A program made the position numbers and the translations under genes. The notes beneath the pieces were generated by a model that saw only the letters and a list, made by a program, of their open reading frames with translations, searched no databases and had not been told where the DNA came from. 32,000 nt of DNA from Caedibacter taeniospiralis (GTDB lineage Bacteria; Pseudomonadota; Gammaproteobacteria; Francisellales; Francisellaceae), in NCBI RefSeq assembly GCF_002803295.2, contig NZ_PGGB02000002.1, positions 73,476-105,475 of the forward strand. The letters are read 5' to 3'. This document shows positions 28,566 through 32,000 of the stretch, one piece after another (position 1 is the first letter of the stretch; each line of letters opens with the position of its first letter).

Positions 28566-28751
28566 ATGTCAATTATTCTTAAAATACTCCATCTGTTTGA
28601 TAACAATAAAAAGCGCGAGTATGTTAGTGACGCAGGAAATTTTCTGGCAGATTTTGATCGCGACTTTCCAACGCGTTCAAAATCACAAAAAAAAGAAGCG
28701 CAAAAGCATCGGAATATTTTCACACGCAAGACGGATGGTTTTACCATTTAA
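28566..28751 (+). CDS. Small (61 aa) basic hypothetical protein; the pattern resembles DUF3460-type small proteins (from memory, unverified)
   Basis: MSIILKILHLFDNNKKREYVSDAGNFLADFDRDFPTRSKSQKKEAQKHRNIFTRKTDGFTI. A TATAAT lies upstream and the RBS is a weak AGG. It fills an otherwise empty gap between the trkH region and glyQ. Confidence 0.4.
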   Translation: MSIILKILHLFDNNKKREYVSDAGNFLADFDRDFPTRSKSQKKEAQKHRNIFTRKTDGFTI

Positions 28752-28768
28752 AACTCACCTCCCTTACT

Positions 28769-29659
28769 TCATGCATTCGCCAAAATCGGAAATCCTAAGT
28801 TTTCTCTGGTTTTATAGTAAACCTCAGCAATGCCGCGCGATAAGGTACGCACGCGCAAAATATAGCGCTGGCGTTCTGTTGCTGAAATTGCGTGACGCGC
28901 ATCCAACAGGTTAAATGTGTGCGAAGCCTTTAGCATCATCTCATAGGCAGGAAGTGCCAAGTCCTTCTCTAGTAGGCGTACGCTTTCTTTTTCCAGAAAA
29001 TCAAATTCGCTGAACAAGTGTTCAATATTGGCTTCTTCAAAGTTATATTGTGACATTTCACGCTCATTCTGTTGAAATACATCCCGATAATAAATGGGAC
29101 CCATAGCAGTGTTTGCCCATAATAAGTCATACATGCTATCTACATTTTGCAAATACATAGCCAGGCGCTCAAGACCATAGGTAATCTCACCTGTGACAGG
29201 TTTACATTCCAATCCCCCCACTTGTTGAAAATAGGTAAATTGAGTCACCTCCATGCCATTAGCCCACACCTCCCAGCCTAAGCCCCAGGCTCCCAAAGTT
29301 GGTGATTCCCAATTATCTTCAACAAAGCGAATATCATGTTCCAATGGGTCAATGCCTAATATGCGCAGTGAGCCTAAATAGAGTTCTTGAAAGTCTTTGG
29401 GTGATGGTTTCATCACCACCTGAAACTGGTAATAATGCTGACCACGATTTGGATTCTCACCGTAGCGACCATCGGTTGGGCGACGCGATGGCTGTACGTA
29501 GGCTGCATTCCAGTTCTCAGGACCAATGGCACGCAAAAAGGTCGCTGGATGAAACGTTCCTGCTCCCACTTCCATGTCCAAAGGTTGCACGATCATACAG
29601 CCCTTTTCAGCCCAATACTGTTGTAGTTTAAAAATAATATCTTGAAACGTGAGTGTCAT
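28769..29659 (-). CDS. glyQ: Glycine--tRNA ligase subunit alpha
   Basis: [21 protein letters not shown]..., [39 protein letters not shown]. Highly conserved family. Confidence 0.95.
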   Translation of the reverse strand: MTLTFQDIIFKLQQYWAEKGCMIVQPLDMEVGAGTFHPATFLRAIGPENWNAAYVQPSRRPTDGRYGENPNRGQHYYQFQVVMKPSPKDFQELYLGSLRILGIDPLEHDIRFVEDNWESPTLGAWGLGWEVWANGMEVTQFTYFQQVGGLECKPVTGEITYGLERLAMYLQNVDSMYDLLWANTAMGPIYYRDVFQQNEREMSQYNFEEANIEHLFSEFDFLEKESVRLLEKDLALPAYEMMLKASHTFNLLDARHAISATERQRYILRVRTLSRGIAEVYYKTRENLGFPILANA

Positions 29660-29694
29660 CGTTTATCCACATTTAACACATCAAAGTTGCGCTA

Positions 29695-29706
29695 GAGTAT
29701 ATACTC
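29695..29706. promoter_or_regulatory. Perfect 12-bp palindrome GAGTATATACTC, 35 nt upstream of the glyQ ATG (contains TATACT)
   Basis: Direct reading. An identical copy is at 31975-31986 and an 11/12 copy at 11860-11871. Confidence 0.3.
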
Positions 29707-29788
29707 ATTGACGTTGGTTTTGTAGTGTTTATCCTGTGCTTTACGCCAGGTTGCCATCTTAATTCTACCGCTTATCCTGAAATCTCGT

Positions 29789-29794
29789 TATAAT
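29789..29794 (+). promoter_or_regulatory. TATAAT hexamer ending 64 nt upstream of asnS
   Basis: Reads CTCGTTATAATCGCCTG. No good -35 at 16-18 nt spacing. Confidence 0.25.
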
Positions 29795-29858
29795 CGCCTG
29801 CGAGAATGAGATGACTATGTCGAACTCACGTTAAATAAAAGAGCAGGTAATAATCACC

Positions 29859-31262
29859 ATGGTACAAACGCATACCGCAAAAACACTTTTTACGACACCC
29901 ATGCTTATCGGGCAAAAGGTTACGGTCAGGGGTTGGCTTAGGAGTCGTCGTGACTCCAAGGCTGGCATTTCTTTTTTAGCTATTCACGATGGCTCTTGCT
30001 TTGACCCCATTCAGGCAATTGCTGAAAGCAGTTTAGCCAACTATCAATCAGAAATTTTAGGTCTGACCAAAGATTGCGCCATTGAAGTTACAGGGACATT
30101 GGTGGCGTCTCAAGGCAAAGGTCAAAACGTTGAAATTCAAGCGGACAACGTTATTGTTCATGGCTGGATCGATAATCCTGAAACATATCCTGTATCCCCA
30201 AAACGCCATACGATGGAATACCTTCGAGAACATGCACATTTGCGCGTTCGCACCAATCTGATTGGTGCTGTTTCACGCATGCGTCACACCTTGGCTCATG
30301 CCATTCATAATTTCTTTCATGCTGAAGGTTTCTTCTGGGTGAACACGCCTATTTTAACCTCTAATGATTGTGAGGGTGCGGGCGAGCTTTTTCGCGTATC
30401 TACACTTGATCAATTAAACCTGCCTAAAGATGACAAGGGAGAAATTGATTATACTCAGGATTTTTTTGGTCGCGAAACTTTTCTTACGGTTTCAGGGCAA
30501 CTCAATGTTGAAACTTACTGCATGGCTTTATCAAAAGTTTACACTTTTGGTCCAACCTTTCGTGCTGAAAACTCCAACACGTCACGCCATTTGGCTGAGT
30601 TTTGGATGGTGGAACCTGAGTTTGCTTTTGCCAGCTTAAGCGACGATGCTGACTTAGCTGAGAAGCTTTTGAAGTCTGTCATTAAAACAGTAATGAGTGA
30701 ACGCCAGGATGATCTGCAATTCTTTGATCAGTTTATGGAAAAAGGGCTGTTAGACAAACTTGACTCTGTTGTTAATAATAATTTTATCCGCGTTGAGTAC
30801 ACCGATGCAATTGAGATTTTAAAAACCTGTGGCAAAAAATTTGAATACTCCGTTGAATGGGGCTTGGATCTGCAATCTGAGCATGAGCGCTATTTATGTG
30901 AAGAGCACTTTAAGTCCCCCGTTGTATTGATGAATTACCCTAAAGATATTAAGGCATTTTATATGCGCTTGAATGGTGATGGAAAAACCGTTGCTGCAAT
31001 GGATGTTCTGGTGCCAGGCATCGGTGAAATTATCGGTGGCAGCCAGCGCGAGGAGCGCCTTGAAATACTGGATCAGCGTATCGCTGAAACCGGGGTCGAT
31101 GCTGAAGGCTTATACTGGTATCGCGATCTACGTCGCTATGGTACCGTACCCCATTGCGGCTTTGGTCTTGGTTTTGAGCGCCTGTTGGGCTATATCACTG
31201 GCGTGCCAAACATTCGCGATGTCATCCCGTTTCCGCGTACGCCAGGAAATGCGAAGTTTTAA
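29859..31262 (+). CDS. asnS: Asparagine--tRNA ligase
   Basis: 467 aa class IIb enzyme. N-terminal OB fold ([26 protein letters not shown]), [30 protein letters not shown]. Confidence 0.95.
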   Translation: MVQTHTAKTLFTTPMLIGQKVTVRGWLRSRRDSKAGISFLAIHDGSCFDPIQAIAESSLANYQSEILGLTKDCAIEVTGTLVASQGKGQNVEIQADNVIVHGWIDNPETYPVSPKRHTMEYLREHAHLRVRTNLIGAVSRMRHTLAHAIHNFFHAEGFFWVNTPILTSNDCEGAGELFRVSTLDQLNLPKDDKGEIDYTQDFFGRETFLTVSGQLNVETYCMALSKVYTFGPTFRAENSNTSRHLAEFWMVEPEFAFASLSDDADLAEKLLKSVIKTVMSERQDDLQFFDQFMEKGLLDKLDSVVNNNFIRVEYTDAIEILKTCGKKFEYSVEWGLDLQSEHERYLCEEHFKSPVVLMNYPKDIKAFYMRLNGDGKTVAAMDVLVPGIGEIIGGSQREERLEILDQRIAETGVDAEGLYWYRDLRRYGTVPHCGFGLGFERLLGYITGVPNIRDVIPFPRTPGNAKF

Positions 31263-31290
31263 CGCCACTATTCAGCAAAACCTTAATCAG

Positions 31291-31944
31291 TCACTCATCA
31301 AATCGATGATATTTTCCATGAGAGACAAATACCAGGCCATTACCCTTTTCATATTCAATAGAGACACATTGGGCAATGGCGTGATTACGCGTCCCAACCT
31401 GTTCAGCGAAACGTAATGTATATTGATTTAAATCAAATGCACATCCTTTGAGGGTCAAAGAGGTCAGCTCAAAAAGGGGAACAATTGAAATCATCTTTCC
31501 TTTAACATTTTTTAATTGCAGTTTTCTTGGCAAAATTTGCGACATACCATGGCGATCAATGATCGTAAAATCAAACTGCTGCTGGTAAGCGAACAACGTG
31601 GATAAATTGCCAAGATAGTGGTCCATTTCCCTGCCGCCAAAACCAAATAAAAACAGCGTTGTATAACCTTCTTTCGCCAGAAAGACTAATGACTTTTCAA
31701 AATCTGTCGAGTTTTGATCTTCATCTTGCTGATATGGCACTTCTCTAAGCTCCGCACTTTTAATTGAATCTCCGTCACCAATCACAAGCCTGATCTGCTT
31801 CATAAGAAACTTGGAGTGTTTTAGCTGATTAAACGCCCCATCAGCGCAATAGATGGGCAGATCAGATAAATGCTGTCGGATATAATGCTCACAAAAATCA
31901 AGATCTATCTCACCATTGATAAACAAAATTGCTTTTTCCACCAT
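31291..31944 (-). CDS. Thiamine pyrophosphokinase
   Basis: GDGDS (cf. GDFDS), DQNSTDFEKSL (cf. DQDxTDxxxAL), GGREMDHYLGNL (cf. GGRxDHxLxN). I prefer ATG 31944 (MVEKAILFINGE...). The track start at 31974 would abut the palindrome/-10-like motif. Confidence 0.82.
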   Translation of the reverse strand: MVEKAILFINGEIDLDFCEHYIRQHLSDLPIYCADGAFNQLKHSKFLMKQIRLVIGDGDSIKSAELREVPYQQDEDQNSTDFEKSLVFLAKEGYTTLFLFGFGGREMDHYLGNLSTLFAYQQQFDFTIIDRHGMSQILPRKLQLKNVKGKMISIVPLFELTSLTLKGCAFDLNQYTLRFAEQVGTRNHAIAQCVSIEYEKGNGLVFVSHGKYHRFDE

Positions 31945-31974
31945 ATGAAAACTCGCTTTTTTTAGTACGCGCAT

Positions 31975-31986
31975 GAGTATATACTC
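31975..31986. promoter_or_regulatory. Perfect 12-bp palindrome GAGTATATACTC, 30 nt upstream of the preferred thiamine pyrophosphokinase ATG
   Basis: Direct reading. Identical to 29695-29706. Confidence 0.3.
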
Positions 31987-32000
31987 ACGGCAAGCACAAA

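Overview
The window is mostly tightly packed housekeeping chromosome from an AT-rich Gram-negative bacterium. Gene content looks gammaproteobacterial and Legionellales-like, but I cannot assign a species. Most ORFs are recognisable from motifs: birA; hldD-waaA-ispA; ppk2; accD-folC; trpS plus a CysH-like ORF; pilD; sucCD; rluC; a packed PP-loop/TusA/ycaR/kdsB/HIT string; purA; class I fumarase; an FtsN-like SPOR protein; yggS; pilT; trkH; glyQ; asnS; thiamine pyrophosphokinase. I found no rRNA, tRNA or CRISPR array. I did not find a convincing multi-gene novel system such as a defence island. The non-routine content is as follows. (1) A GDSL/GCAT-type lipase gene is split by a 1431-bp IS256-family element with 26-bp terminal inverted repeats and a perfect 9-bp target duplication; its transposase is itself frameshifted. 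(2) A ~165-bp imperfect palindromic element lies upstream of trkH, and a copy of its arm lies 27 kb away, suggesting a small MITE/REP-like repeat family. (3) A ~900-bp gene-poor stretch (864-1787) holds a frameshifted small secreted ORF and a ~120-nt structured element flanked by direct repeats. (4) A DUF29 gene is broken in an A7 run. (5) A THUMP-less ThiI-like PP-loop ATPase is translationally coupled to a TusA-like sulfur carrier. (6) A degenerate CysH/APS-reductase-like ORF is coupled to trpS. (7) A 12-bp palindrome, GAGTATATACTC, recurs about 30-35 nt upstream of three unrelated genes. All functional calls rest on motif recognition by eye. No database search was run.
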